Positions 1 to 17,346 are shown, numbered from the stretch's first letter. The stretch is 64,000 nucleotides of DNA from Auanema rhodensis (GCA_964057225.1 OZ059899.1:16678001-16742000), one strand, 5' to 3'. Numbers and translations are program-made. The notes: generated by a model not told the origin, from the letters alone.

Positions 1-139
1 CACCAATTTGTTCGTCAAAACAAGAAATGAATAACATTCTCGTTATACACTGAGAATTTTTTCTAATTATTCGAAATAAATTAAAATCTTTTTTTTTCCT
101 TTTTGTAGGAAATAATTTTTATTTTGTTTCAAATCTCAG

Positions 140-483
140 ATTGCTCATGACATGGCTCATTCATTACTTTCGAAAACTGGAATTGATCCAACAACTACTT
201 CCATTCGAATTGGCTTAGAGCAGTTCGCTGTCTTGGCAGAAGAGTATGAGAAACAATGTATTGAGTAAGTTTCGTAATTTAATTCATTATAAAGTATATA
301 TAAACATGTATGTTGAATTTCTTTTTCAGTATGCCAGGTCTTTATCTATACGATTATACAAAACCGAAAAAGACGATAGCTATATTAGCTGCTGAGATTA
401 ATGCTCTTCCTCCAAAGAATCCATATAGAAATGAGCATATTCCCAGTGAAGGTATAAGTCTCTCTGACTTCACGGTATCCTAG
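140..483 (+). CDS. tfbm-1: Mitochondrial dimethyladenosine transferase / transcription factor B1 (TFB1M), last two exons (gene starts upstream of window)
   Basis: Exons 140-264 and 330-483 (GTAAG...TTTTCAG intron) translate to IAHDMAHSLLSKTGIDPTTTSIRIGLEQFAVLAEEYEKQCIDMPGLYLYDYTKPKK..., resembling the TFB1M C-terminus (LL..A.IDPT...L.I..F..L...Y...C...P.LF.Y). The stop could differ if GTATAAG at 452 is a donor. Confidence 0.72.
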
Positions 484-1670
484 AGAAATTTTTCTGATTT
501 ATTGAACTAAGTTATAATCAGATTTCTTAGTTTGGAAATATTCCTCATAAATTAATATATATTTGAAAAGATTACCCTAACATTATTCTGCTTAAACGTT
601 CAAATTCAGAATTGATCTTTAATATAGTTCAAAAAACATGTTCCATTTGTAAAAGATTAAGTTCTAGTCAGCTAGAATTCGAGATCTCTTTGTTAAATAT
701 TATTTTTTAAATTCAAACGATCACTTGTTATAAATATTGTCATGTTTAATATTTATTAATCGTTAGTTGTTATATTATTTTGTTGTTTTTTGTTTTTTTT
801 TTATTTAAAAGTATTACAAATTACGTTAAGTTTCAAATAAAATAAATAAAGTAAATGTCATCCAGTGTTTGTTCAGTGTGTTACATGCTTCTACGCCAAT
901 GATTCTATATGTTTTAGCCGAGTTTTTTTTTTTTTTTGAAATACAAGTTTGGGTTTCAGTCTAACAATCCTATGATTATGAAGCATTGTTCATATTTTTT
1001 TGCGGAAAATCAATGAGATCAGTGGGCTTAATGACTTTTTTCTTTTTAATGGCAACTTGAAATAATTGAGTTTTAAAAGTTCTGTCTATCATAGTAATCG
1101 TTTAGATGGTGTTTGAAGAAATTTCTTCAACATTTGTTTGAATTAAATATTTTAATTCGGCAGACACCATAACTTTTCCAGAAATCCCTTTTATGATTTT
1201 TTTTATTCTGAAAAATTAACTATTAAGTGATACTCAACATATTTGTTTCATTAAAAGTTTGAAAGTATTTCATCCTTTAACTGTTTATTATATAATATAT
1301 TTAATTCCTTTTGGAATGGTTTATGTAAAACTAGAATTGTAAATCGATTTAGTCATATTTAATCCAAAATCCATGTTTAAACTCTTTTCTTATTTTTTAC
1401 TCACATTCTTTTATATTTTGAAAAAATGAATTAATATTCTTTTATATTTTATAATATTTTATATTTTTTATATCAGCAACGCAATAAAACTATAGTTCTA
1501 CTATACATATAGCAACTTTTATATAATGATAGTTAGTTCTATCTAAGTTCATAATACAGAAAAAAACCAAAAGAGAATATTTTTTGTGTTATTTTTATTA
1601 AAATTTACACTTAAAACGCTGAAACTTCTCATGTGAATAATAGCACATTGTCTTCTTATATACATGTAGA

Positions 1671-1712
1671 TCTATCGTTCATTCACATCGTTCATTCACA
1701 TCTATCATTCAC
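1671..1712. repeat. ~13-bp micro-tandem repeat (ATCGTTCATTCAC), about 3 copies
   Basis: tctatcgttcattcac atcgttcattcac atctatcattcac. Confidence 0.7.
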
Positions 1713-2000
1713 TTTTTAAACTTTAATTTTCCTTCCCATTTTAAGCAACTTGAGTGATTGAATACATGATTCTATTCCTTCATATTCAAGCTATCTTATC
1801 AGCTGTTTTAGTTCTATTATATATGATATCATTGGTATAACAGGAATTATTCTGTTGGAAATTTCCATGACAACCGAGTCACTTAGTTACATACATTTTC
1901 TATTTTTCATTTAACTTACTTCAACTTTTCGCTATCTTCATTTCTGTCCAAATTTGTTCATTGTCAAATAGATCCTTAATCTTCTTTTCCCCTTTTAGGA

Positions 2001-3404
2001 ATGTCTGGACAAATAGCTCCAGCTCCTCCAGGAGTCATTACCATGCAACCCGGTGTTTCACAACAACCTATGGTCAAGCTGCCAGGTACGTTCGATACAT
2101 TTCGACAAAACTGTTAAAATTATTTTTACAGATGGCCAGGAAATTCCTTTATCCGTTTATCAACAACAATATGGCCAGACTATAACTAGTCAACCTGTGG
2201 CATATCCAGGTTTGAGCTTAAACTAATCATTTTTATTGAAATTTTGCTAATAATGTTCAGGCATTATGTGCATCCCTCCGGCACAACCAATGGTTGGTGT
2301 TCCACCTGGACTTGAATATATGACTTTGATTGATACTGTAGTTGTGAAACAGGTGCATTCCTCATTTTATTCGTTAATCTGAAAGAACAAAAGAAATGTT
2401 CACGTTGATATGAAGTTACACAAGATTTCTATTTTAGGTAATTGAATTGGTTGAAGTATTTACCAGCTTTGAAACTAGAAATAAATATATGTTACATAAT
2501 GCAAATGAGGAACAGGTAATTATTGATAATGTTATCCGTTCTCAATGTTTTTTCACTTCTTTCATTCTTCCTTCATTCAGATTTTTTTTGCTGCTGAAGA
2601 ATCGGATTTCTGTTCTCGACAATGCTGCGGTGCTAATCGTGGATTCGTTATGCATGTTGCCGATAACTTCAAACAGGTTAACGAGAAAATTTTATATAGT
2701 TGAAAGCTTTTTTGCTTTAGGAAGTCATGCTTATTCGTCGTCCATTCAAATGTCTGCTTAATTGTGGCTTTGCCTGTGTCAGACCATGTGCACATGAGTG
2801 TACGATTGAAGCTCCTCCAGGAAACGTGGTTAGAACTAATTTAATTTTTTTTTCAAACTTTACAACTTGAATAAGATTTGTAGTGTTTGCATAACATTTG
2901 CAGATAGGAACCGTAATACAAACATGGTCTTGCTGTTCAACTAATTTTGTTGTTTGTGATGCGAATAACAGGCAGCTTTTCAAAATTGAAGGTCCATGTT
3001 GCTGTATGTTACTAGGATGTCAAGATAAGGAATTTTCGGTAAGTAATATTTTAAATAAAAAAAGTTAAACTTCTTCAAACTTTTTCTCAAACTTAATCTT
3101 TAAGGTTGCAACTATGGATGGATCCGTAATAGGAAGCATAGTTAAGAAATGGGGTGGTTGTATTCGAGAATCTTTGACAAATGCTGATATTTTCAGTGTT
3201 CATTGTATGTTTAAAATTCAACCAAACAATAACAAAATAAAATTTTCAGTTCCGTTGGATTTAGATGTTAAGCTTAAAACTATACTGTTAGGCGCAACCT
3301 TCTTAGTTGTAAGAATATTCTTGTTGCAAGAATTTGAAATATATCTTCTGTTTCAGGACTTCGTTGAATTCGAACAAACACAACAGCCAAAAAACCCTAA
3401 CTAA
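2001..3404 (+). CDS. Phospholipid scramblase (PLSCR/scrm family), multi-exon
   Basis: Pro/Gln-rich N-terminus MSGQIAPAPPGVITMQPG; scramblase motifs PPGLEY, FETRNKY, AAEESDFCSRQCCGANRGF, IEAPPG, KIEGPCCC, IGSIVKKWGG, FPLDLDVKLKTILLGATFLVDF. TTTTAG acceptor 2 nt before the ATG. Confidence 0.93.
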
Positions 3405-4067
3405 TTAACTTAAACTGTTATTAGAATGTTTCCAATATATACATATATTCATCTTAATCATTAACTTTTCATAACTAATCTTTTTGTTTCATATACATAT
3501 TATTTGTTTTATATTTATATATATAATATATGAACAGTATATTAAATACATCACTAACAACGAGCAGAAATCACACTGAAGTAAGGTTTTGGGATCTCAA
3601 AATCCCGAAAGCGCGTTTTTCAAAACCGTATTTCGAAATAAACATTTGATAAAACTCTCTATTGCTGAAGATGAATTGCACAAATGAATAAGGCCTGCTA
3701 GTGAAAAGGAAGGAGACGTAAAAGGGGAATATAATAAGGAAAGTTAGAGAAATAGGGCATATAGAAACCCGAACTAAGGAAAAACCATTCAAAAGAAATA
3801 GAAAAAAGAAAAGAACAGGAGCAATTGTAAGCATAGTAGTACCCGCAAGAAGAAAAATGGCCAGAGTTAAAATGATAAAAGCTGGAGAAAAAAAGAATGA
3901 GATGTTAACGATATCTTTAAAAAGAACTTTGAAAGGTTGAGGTTATTATACTCATACTATCCTTGCAAAGAGAAAAATTAAGAATTATGACACACATATA
4001 CACAAAACATGTAGACATAAATAGTAAAAAAATAGTTTTTGCAAAAAAAGCAGACGAATTGGAACTA

Positions 4068-7000
4068 TTAAATTTCTTTGATGTATTCCATTAAGGCATC
4101 CAATCTTAATACATTTTCTTGGGATAACTCCTTATAGTATGTATCACGATGCTTGACAAGCTCCCGCAATTCCTGAAATACTCGAAACCGTAAGGAACTT
4201 CGTGAAAAGAGTATAGTATGGATATCATATTCCACACGTTCAAACACAAACCTTGATAACAAATTCGGATTTCTCTTTCCTTTGCTCTTGTGCGACATCA
4301 ACTCCACAAGCTGCAGTTGAGTTTGCGAAAGATTTAAACTTATCGGCTAAACAACGGACTATAAAGTCAAGAGCTTCCATGGCAGTATCTATACTTTTCG
4401 TATCTCCCAACATCACTGGAAATATGAAATACGTGAGAAAAACATATATTTAATAGATATTACTTTTGATTCCAACAATATGGCTATGTACAAGTCTTAG
4501 ATCCCAACGTTTCTGTTGGGTAAATTGTTGAAATAGGCGGCGACGTATAACTGAGTCCCCCCCTACCAGGCCTACATCAGATGCTCCCGAGCGAATACTT
4601 TTTGAGAATCTTTCAGCTTCTGCAAGAAAATTTACATTTTTTAGAGGTTGGGTTACAAACCTAAGTTTCGAGCGTCTATTAAACGCAAAGTGCTGTAATG
4701 GCCCTTCAGAAGACTTGTCAAAAGATCTTGCGCTGTTAGCTGGAAAAAAAGAAAGAGTCCTTCAAATACACATACAGAATACCAACTCACACTTTCATTA
4801 TTTTCTATTTTGGGGGTACTAGCAGTGCTGTTGAGAGTAGTGATTTCTTTTGGAACCTCTCGAACTGAAGTTCTTGTAGCAGGAGATGGTTTTCTTGTTG
4901 GCAACGGGGGTAGCCTAGCTGATTTTGCAGTTATTGTTGATGTATTAGAAGTACTTGTAGCAGACGAAGCAGCTTTAGTTTTTTCATTAAGAGAAAGACG
5001 AGTTGGTCTAAAACATTACGAAAAGGTAAAAAAATCAAAACAACTATGTGACAAAATGGATTTAAGAATTTTGAGAAGTGAAATACAAACACGGAAGTTA
5101 TTTTGGAGGAAAAAAACGAAAATCATGTTATAAGAAACAAAAATAATAAAAAACAAACCTATTAAGAGCAGGTGGTTCGGTAGGACTTCGAGGACGACTA
5201 CTTAAGCTATCCGTGGAGTTAACCTTTTGGTATCTACAAAGCGGTTTCTTAACTTTTTTTACCATTTACAGGAATATTTTGTTCTTATATGCAGAGAAAT
5301 GAGTAGAATCCATGGCAACCAAAAGTCTAGGCTTGTTTCGGTTGATGCAGGAAAAGCCAGAGGATGGGGGGGGGGTAGTAAAGACCAAAACCAAAAGATG
5401 GATAATAGCTCTCTTATGCAATAAGGACCGGAAGTAGAAAATAAATGAATTGTAACTACTTAGCATGCAAAAGTCCAAACATGTTTCGAGCAAAAAACTA
5501 AGATCGTCAAGAAAATTTGGGGGGTGAAGTTCGGGGTATCGATATTAATGTACAAAGGAATGATGAAGAAGCCTTGAATTTTTAATGAAAAATAATTCAA
5601 AGCAATGCTTACCTGGAAGCCGATGAAGCCCTAGTTACACGACCAGTTGTTGGTGTGCTAGGCTGTGTGTTCAACTTCTGCGGAACTGAATCAGATGAGA
5701 CGCCGGCAGCCGCATTTGGTCGTCTGGGGGCAATATTTGAAGGAGCTGAACGAGGAATGGTCGCAGCCTACAAAATTAATTAAGTAAATGAAAAAAAAAC
5801 AAAAAACTAAATTAATTACACTTTTCTATATCATTCGAACTTAATATAGGAAGTTCAATGAGATAAATTCTTCATTTTGCAAATTTTGAATATGAGAAAG
5901 CGGTACGTGAAAGTTCACGTAAATTTTGGCTTATTATTGTATAAAGGACACATGTTCTTATTTTCTCAAAGAAAAAAAAAGAATTTAAAACAATATCAAC
6001 TTACAGCCATTCTAGGTTTAGTGTGAATACTGTTGTTGTTGTTGTTGTTGTTTGTATTGTTTCGTATACTGCAAGTAGATCCAGAGGAGGATGAGGGCGA
6101 TGGAGATGTTGAAGAATCTGTAGGTATGAGTAGATCCTCTTCCTCTTCTATTTCTCCTTCGTCTACAGTAAATTCAACTGATAAGCGTTCGTCTTCCCGC
6201 GTAAGTATATCCTGAAAATAAATTTATGAAAAAGAGAAAGAAGATTAAAATAGAAGCATCAACTTGAAACTGAAAAAAAAGAAAATCTTTAGGAAACATT
6301 TCTTAAAAGTAATATAAGAAAAAGATATATTCCCGCTCGAATAAAATTATAATAGCGATACAATATTTACAGGCAGATCAGTTAAGTTAGGTCCGGGAGA
6401 TTAAACTATAACGAGATCCGCTCTGTCATCTCTATTAGCAGCACCTAGGCCGTCTGAACCATATGATCCATTTCAAATAGCGATCTATTTCCAAATTTAT
6501 AAATATATGTGAAATAAGCACACGAATCCAAATAATACTCAATTATTCACTAAATCTATATAAATAGGAGGTTCTCTCTCTAACTCCTGCAACAGATTTC
6601 TGTTTCGTGGACCTTTTCAAATCCGACGAGCGCCAGTTGAGATCAATAAGTTATATAGACATAGAAGTAATAACGAAAGACTTAAAGCTTTAAGGTACTA
6701 AGAATTAAAAGAGAAAGCATAAGTTCAAGATCAAATCCTAATCCCACCTACAAAGAGTAAACAAGTGATTGTAGTTAGTTCTTCATTCTAGTGAAAACAT
6801 TTTAAAAGGAAAGTATCTAACCTCGATTGAATATGTAATCATTGCTAACGAATTATTTACACTGAAACACGACAAGTTTGCGACGCCCTCACTGAAATTC
6901 AGTTCCAATACCTGAACGATTTAAATATTTAAAAAAAGAACCGATATAAGAGAAATTACTGAGTATTGTTCGCTAAGTTGTCGAGAAAACAATGTGTCAC

Positions 7001-8058
7001 AAGGTTCCCAAGTTAACATTCTAAGCTCGGTGTCTGTTGCTGCCAATAGATAGTCGTCTTAAACGTTGAAAATGAGAAAGGTTTTCTTAGTTTCAAATTT
7101 CATACTTTCCGGATTATCTCTTTCCCCACTAAACGCTATTCCCTTTATAGGGCTCGACAAAGCATCTGACTGTGATACACATTCCATTTGATCTAAACAC
7201 CAGAAACGGACAACGCGATCCAGACCATAAGTAGCTAACATCATTTGAACGGGATTGAATTGAACTCCAACAGCCTGGAACTTATTGCTAATTCGATGAA
7301 AAATGTATTAGAATATTGAAATAGGAGGATCAAATGTACGCTCAATGTAGCATGAGCTCAAGCGAATGATGAGTAGAAAGTACAGGTTCAACATACCGAA
7401 CAAGGGAAAAAACGTGCAGGCTGTCGATTTCGAATATCAAACAGATGAAGTGATGAAGCCGTTCCTACAGCTAATAGAGAATCATTAGGAGAAACATCTA
7501 CACATTTGATTGGGCCACCAACATGACCCCCTAAAACGTTAGCTGGATGGCATCTGGTATCCCATAAAGTCCACGAAGAATCTAATGAGCCAGAAATCTT
7601 AAAAAAAAAAGAAAAATAGAGAAGTTATCCATAAAAAAATGTGCATCTTGCGAAGACTTTGATACCTACCCAGGAATAAATGGAACTACGAGTTGGACAA
7701 ACCGCTTTCACAGGAAGAGTATGGTGTGCTGGCAAATTTCTAATCTCTCTTCCTAGAACAAGAAATAATGCATTCAAAGCTTGAAACCTCAAGTTCACTT
7801 ACCAGAAACTAAATCAACTAGTTTAATAAGTGTTCCTGATGAGACGGCTAAATTTCTTTCATCCCTACTCAAGCGTATACAATCTGCATGACCTCGATAT
7901 GACAGTGATGGTCCCTGCAATAACAACAACAATAATAATTTTTATTTAGAGATTCGAGATAAAGAAAATATATTATATAACTGATGAATTACTTGAGGTA
8001 TCATCTTTGTACTACTAAATATAGATTTGTTAAATTGAATGAAAACAGCCGCCTTCAT
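4068..8058 (-). CDS. Katanin p80 regulatory subunit (KATNB1-like): N-terminal WD40 repeats, Ser/Pro/Thr-rich linker, C-terminal con80 domain
   Basis: Spliced minus-strand translation gives WD40 segments (SGSLDSSWTLWDTR, CVDVSPNDSLLAVG..LHLFDIR, FNPVQMMLATYGLDRVVRFWCLDQMECVSQS), a low-complexity linker, and con80-like GVDVAQEQRKEK near the C-terminus. The ATG at 8058 is the best guess; upstream exons are not excluded. Confidence 0.82.
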
Positions 8059-9099
8059 TTTTCTATTGTTATGTTGTCAGTGGAATGTAAGGAAATGGAA
8101 AGAACAGAAACTCAATGAAATTTCCTCATTTTTCATCAAAACGAGTTAGAGTTCTTTGCAACTGTGCAAGTTTCATGAGATATGATGATCATAATTGTAA
8201 TTTCTTTCTCAGCAGACACTGTTCCAAGTTGCACTAGCAAAACTTTTGCTCTTGAAGTCTTTTGAAGTTGCGCAAATTTATATATATATCTTCGTATAAC
8301 TTATATAGATTGTAAGAAATTGAGCTGAGGGGGGGGGGGGTGAAGAAAATGTAAGGAACATTCAAAGTATTAGGTGTTGACATTTGGAAATGAAGTGAGA
8401 ACTTTACGTCTTTTACGTGAAAAACATGCTTACACGTTAATACATTTTAAATTTATTTTATTTTTGCCAAACAGCTCTGCAGATAGAATGAGGTGTATCA
8501 TCTACGATCCCTTCTATAAATCTCCTTTCTTTCGTGTTCGTCGGTTACTCCTCTGTTTTCAGGGACATCATCTATTTATTCTGCGACAGCGCGACCCTTT
8601 TAATACATGCACAACATACGCTTGTTCTGCCTTCACTATGTTTGATGATATTTTTGTTATAGATAATAGAAAAACGATAGATATAGGGAGAAAAAGAACA
8701 ATCAGAAATAAAAGAGAATACAATGCATCGAAAACAGAGAGAGAGACGCCGAAACAAATGGAGAAATACAAAAATTCGTACATGGTCTGGTGTGGATCCT
8801 ATTTGTCTACACTGTCAAACACCTTTAATTGTACATTGCCACAGCTGCTTTAAAAAACTTCAAGTAATTTCAGAAACTAGTTTGAATCTTTCATTTTTTG
8901 TGCTTATAGTTACTTTCACAATGCAACACGTCATATGATAATGATCAACACATATAGCACTATATGATAAAATAAAATGAAAATAATAGTTTCATGTTGT
9001 TACCTCAAAATAATTCAATTGCTTCTCCCTTCTTTTTATTTTTCAAAATTTCGCCAATTATTACATGTTACATCGGTGAAAAAGGAACAACATCGACAG

Positions 9100-9720
9100 A
9101 TTGAGTCAAGTAGGAGCGCTCGTCGCGCCCACAAGGATCCTTCCACTCTTTCTCTTATGATAAACAAGCCACCAACGAAGTACTACTGTGGACGTATTTC
9201 GAGGTCTGCTAGCGGTATCAACGAGTATTATACGTCATTGACCTTGTCTCTTTTTCTCACTTTGCTAAGATCAACCCTTTCTAAATATGATATGTATACA
9301 TTCAGACAACAACTCTGTTATGAATATTCAACATCTGGTGTAAGCGGGTGGTAACTTCCGAGTGCGCAAAACCAAGACGAGAAACAGGGCGAACAGAGTA
9401 AATCGAGACGTCAATAGGGTAATCCCCTGTGCGTGTTTGGTATAAAGGATTCAATAAACCCTCCGCGTTCTTCATATCTTTTCACATAAACCAAACTGCA
9501 ACCCCATCACTCTCTATGTTTCTCCCCTTCTCTCATATACTCTCTCGGTTACTAGCTAGCGGTCCTTTCTGTGGAAACGAACACTCATAGTCAAAATCCA
9601 TCCATATTCCCGCTGTTTCCATTGTTCTGAGGGCGGTCAACAGCTGAGGCAGCTGGTAGAGCTCATGTGCATCTCTTGGGAATAGTAGAAAGCGCTTCCA
9701 TCAAAAGCCGTGAACCTTCA
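9100..9720 (+). promoter_or_regulatory. GC-enriched intergenic island with promoter/enhancer-like motifs
   Basis: CpG-richer than its flanks; GACGTCA (~9407), GGGTAATCCCC (~9417), GTATAAA TATA-like (~9440), paired CAGCTG E-boxes (~9641-9655). No supported ORF. Confidence 0.35.
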
Positions 9721-11798
9721 GCATAAGGCTTTTCATCCATTCAAAACGTTTCTTCCTCAATTATGGTGCTCATGCAAGCTTCCTTGATTCATAATTCCTA
9801 TACTTGGATACTGCATCAATATAACTACCATCCATATAATTGCGCAACTATGAAACTGTTAGACAGAAAATTAGTCAGTGCTATGATGAATAGTAAATTA
9901 ATAAGACGAAATTGGGTCCTCAAATCTAATTTTAGACTTCTTGTAAGGATGTTCATGACATCCAACATGTTTCCAACATCATAGCATGTTTAAGGAAATA
10001 GGTTTAACAAAATTGTATTATTTGGAAACAGAAGTTTTATTCGTGCATCTGACCTTTTTTTTCACAAATCTAGAAAAGAAAATCATGAATATCATTATAA
10101 ATCGAAAAGATTATGAATGATTGAAAATACGACCGACTTAAACTGAGCACATAGTATATGAAACTATTGGCCCATCTATTCTTCATAATTTATAATATTC
10201 AGCGAAATATGATGATAAGAGTTATGTTGAAACGAAGTGAATATGATATGACGTTACATATACACAAGAAACTCTTATGGATTTGTACCTGACTCATCAC
10301 ACTTCTATACGCAAATTCTTTATATCCACATACTTGACTTTATGTCCTTTCACAAGTTCGAAATCGTTGAGAATTACAAGTAGTGTAAGACATTTGATCC
10401 ATGTTAATGAAACTTGATCTGAGCAATAGACAGAAAAGAGAAAAGCTGTCATTTCAAAAGCCAAAAGACACAAAGAGCAGAAAAAACTTCAACATTGAAA
10501 AAGAAAACTTACGGATTCCCCATTAAGTGAATATGAATTGAGTGGGCTCGCAGTGAATACGGATTGCAATCGTCGAGAGTATGAGGCACAAATTGGAATA
10601 CAAGGCAAAGATGGACATAAAACTAAAAAAATATATTGTTTTATTGTTATGTCTCTGTGTATTTTTTTCATTTTCAATATATTTTTTAGTTATTTTGTTT
10701 AACGACATCATTTTATGTTTACTACTTGAGCTCACTTGCTATGCCGTTGCCTTACTGACGGATACTTTTAAAGAAGCTAAAAGTATTGATTCTCAAGATT
10801 TTTAAACGCAAGCACAGCAGTGAACTTATAAATCAACAGAGAAATGTATTTGAAAACATACTTTCAAAACTCATGAACGATTGTTTAGAGAAGTGACCAT
10901 TCGTTTATCCACTGAAATAATAAAATGAAGATATCTGAGAGTTGTCCATCTATGTGGCATTTAGGAAACAAGTGATACAAAACATCGATAGAGTGAGAAG
11001 TTTTGCGAATAAAGAAGAAGTAGTATATAAAATAGTACGATTTAGTTGCAATTCTTACGAATAACAACATTTGTTACTTTGAAAAAATGAAGATGTTTTG
11101 CTCTTACTGATAAAAGCACACAACGAGAAAAAAAGGAAAATGAAAATCAATACGTAAATGGACCAAAAACTGAATGCTCTAATAAGTACACCACAGAGAA
11201 CTAAATGGATCGGATTAAAGTGGAATTGATGGTATTCGCAATGTAAAATTTATAAAAATATTAATAATGAATCAATAGAAATCTGACTATATATAGTAGT
11301 GTACAAAATAAAGGAAAGATTGCAGCTGTGTGTTTTACAGGCAAGGCAGACAAATCCCTCCATCGATGAGATATGCGTCGTAGATAAGGTTATTTAAAGG
11401 CAAAAGGAATAAAACTTGAAGAGATTATGTTGATTGAGAGAAAATAAGGCGATGAGAAGATTAAAAAACTTAGTGAAAGGATGAAAAGTGGCAAAAAGAC
11501 ATAAAATGTATAAATAAAAGACTTACCTTTGTTAATTTTGAAAAAAAATAAAATTGACTAAGTTTGATTTTTGAATATTTTCTATTATATTAATTAGGAG
11601 CTAAATACAAGCGTCGTAAATATTTCGGTCTGTGAAACAATCATGAGAACAATGGGCGTGGGCTACAAAATTATTGTTCTATGGTACGTAAAGACGCGTG
11701 AGTGGGTTTTTGATGATGTCATGAATACATATGCAAAGTTCTTTACTTTTTAAGCTTAGCATCGTGGAAATCTTGAACTTGACTGCATTTTTTAGAAA

Positions 11799-12206
11799 AT
11801 GGACGGAATAATTGCTATGTTACCTGCTCCTTTCCAAAAGTTCTCAACTCATATGGATTTTCCTGGACAGAGGTCTGCTGAGAGAACATATCAGGTATCT
11901 AAGTATTATTCAAATATTTTGAAAAAGAAAGTGTTAAGGTTATCATGGTACTTTCTGGCATAATTGGTTTCTTTGTTGGCTATTCTAGCCAGCAACTTTC
12001 TCATGCTATTTATACCGTTTTAATAGGTGCTCTAGTTTCTGCTCTCGTAACTTTACCTCCTTGGCCCGTCTTCCGTCAAAACCCAATTGCCGTATGTTTC
12101 TCCCACATTTTTAAAAATTAAATTCTCATTTTTTCAGTGGCTATCCGTCGAGAAGGAGCAGCAAGATACCAAATCTGAAGCAGTCGAGAGCAAGAAGAAG
12201 AAATAA
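11799..12206 (+). CDS. spcs-1: Signal peptidase complex subunit 1 (SPCS1/SPC12), 3 exons
   Basis: MDGIIAMLPAPFQKFSTHMDFPGQRSAERTYQ|VIMVLSGIIGFFVGYSSQQLSHAIYTVLIGALVSALVTLPPWPVFRQNPIA|WLSVEKE...KKKK*; has the SPC12 hallmarks MDF.GQ..AE and LPPWP..R.NP..W. Confidence 0.93.
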
Positions 12207-12373
12207 AAAAATTGAGAAGTGTTTTTATGGGTTCTTGGTTTTATCCACTATGATTCCTTTGTATTCTTCCTACATATTTTAAGTTATTTTATATTTATTT
12301 TAAGCCGGGGAACATTAAATTAAGTTTGATGATTATGTTTAATATCTAAAGTAAATCTGTATATTCTGTACTG

Positions 12374-12383
12374 TATTACCTGA
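12374..12383 (+). promoter_or_regulatory. Intercistronic TATTACCTGA motif (candidate Ur/SL2 trans-splicing element)
   Basis: Identical 10-mer at 16378-16387; both lie 34-40 nt upstream of the AG preceding the downstream gene's ATG. Confidence 0.5.
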
Positions 12384-12418
12384 TCAACTATTTTTAATTC
12401 AGCAATGTGTATTCTAGC

Positions 12419-16254
<3,836 letters not shown>

Positions 16255-16377
16255 ATCTCATTAAATAATCTTGTAATATATATTTATAATAGTTCTTTAA
16301 TTAAAAGTTTATTTTGTTGAACATAATATCCAAAATAATGTTTTTTTCTTTTATAAGTATTGGTATATCCTTTTGAA

Positions 16378-16387
16378 TATTACCTGA
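16378..16387 (+). promoter_or_regulatory. Second intercistronic TATTACCTGA motif
   Basis: Identical to 12374-12383, 40 nt upstream of TTTAG|ATG of the TTC1 gene. Confidence 0.5.
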
Positions 16388-16427
16388 GTTAATTCCCAGT
16401 TTAATTTTTCATAAGTTAACTATTTAG

Positions 16428-17170
16428 ATGGTTGTAATAGAAGAACTTCTTGATGAAAAGGTTAAAAATATTAATCAGTTGAAGAAGGAGGGGAATACTT
16501 TGTTCGGAGAGGGATCTTTCAGTAAGGCTATAGAGAAATATGAAGTTAGCTCCTCTTTTAGCTGAAAGAATAGTTTGTATTTCAATTTTTAGGAAGCCTT
16601 GGTAGAATGTGTTGGAAACATGGAACTTCGTTCTATTTTGAATTCTAACATAGCAGCGGCCTACATTAAATTAGAGATGTGGACAGAAGCCATAGCTTCA
16701 GCAACTGAGGCCATTGAGGTTAGGACACTAATTTTCATTCTTACGGTCTTTCTTCAGACTGGAGCTATTAATGAAAAAGCTCTCGAACGAAGAGCATTTG
16801 CTAATTATCGCTTAGATAATATTGACGATGCTATAAAAGATTATAAACAAATTCTTGTAAGTAGTTTGTACTCTCATAATTTAATCCACATGTCTACATA
16901 CTCATCCAGGAATCACATCCCAATCGTAAGGATCTTTGCCTAAAATTAGCTGAATGTGAGAACCGTAATAAAGTTAAAATGGAGGATATGAAAAACGATC
17001 TTCTGGAGAAACTTAAATGCTTGGGTAAGTGAAGATTTTGATACGTTATTGATAGTTTTCCAGGGAACGCTTGTTTAAAACCATTTGGTTTGTCAACTGA
17101 TAACTTTGAGATGAAACCCAATGGAGATGGCTACAGTTTTGGAATGAAGAAGCAGAAGCAAGAAGAATAA
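16428..17170 (+). CDS. ttc-1: Tetratricopeptide repeat protein 1 (TTC1-like), 5 exons
   Basis: LKKEGNTLFGEGSFSKAIEKYEEAL; LNSNIAAAYIKLE; KALERRA; TTC1 C-terminal signature LEKLK.LGNACLKPFGLSTDNFEMKPNGDGYSF. Confidence 0.9.
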
Positions 17171-17346
17171 TACTCGAAGATGTACAAATTGTATCAAAGT
17201 TCCAATTCTAATAAATTATTTTGTTACATGCTCAGAAATAAAGAAAATTAAATACAATATTTTACTTCTATGAAACTACAAACATCAACTATCAAGCCGC
17301 ATGATCGTTGCCAAAACTTTCTACTTATACGTCAGAAACCACGTAT

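Noticed and set aside
3571-3834. 87-aa hydrophobic minus-strand ORF
   Set aside because: Phe/Leu-rich translation of pyrimidine-rich sequence downstream of the katanin stop; probably UTR or intergenic.
8081-8100. TGGAATGTAAGGAA resembling miR-1/miR-206
   Set aside because: The 3' part diverges, the upstream arm pairs poorly and lacks the conserved miR-1 star sequence, and the putative hairpin overlaps the katanin start region.
8329-8340. G12 run (also G10 at 5366-5375)
   Set aside because: Short homopolymers are common in nematode non-coding DNA; no further supporting structure.
8374-11070. Several 60-159 aa ORFs in the intergenic gap
   Set aside because: No recognisable domains or consistent exon chain; composition typical of AT-rich non-coding DNA.
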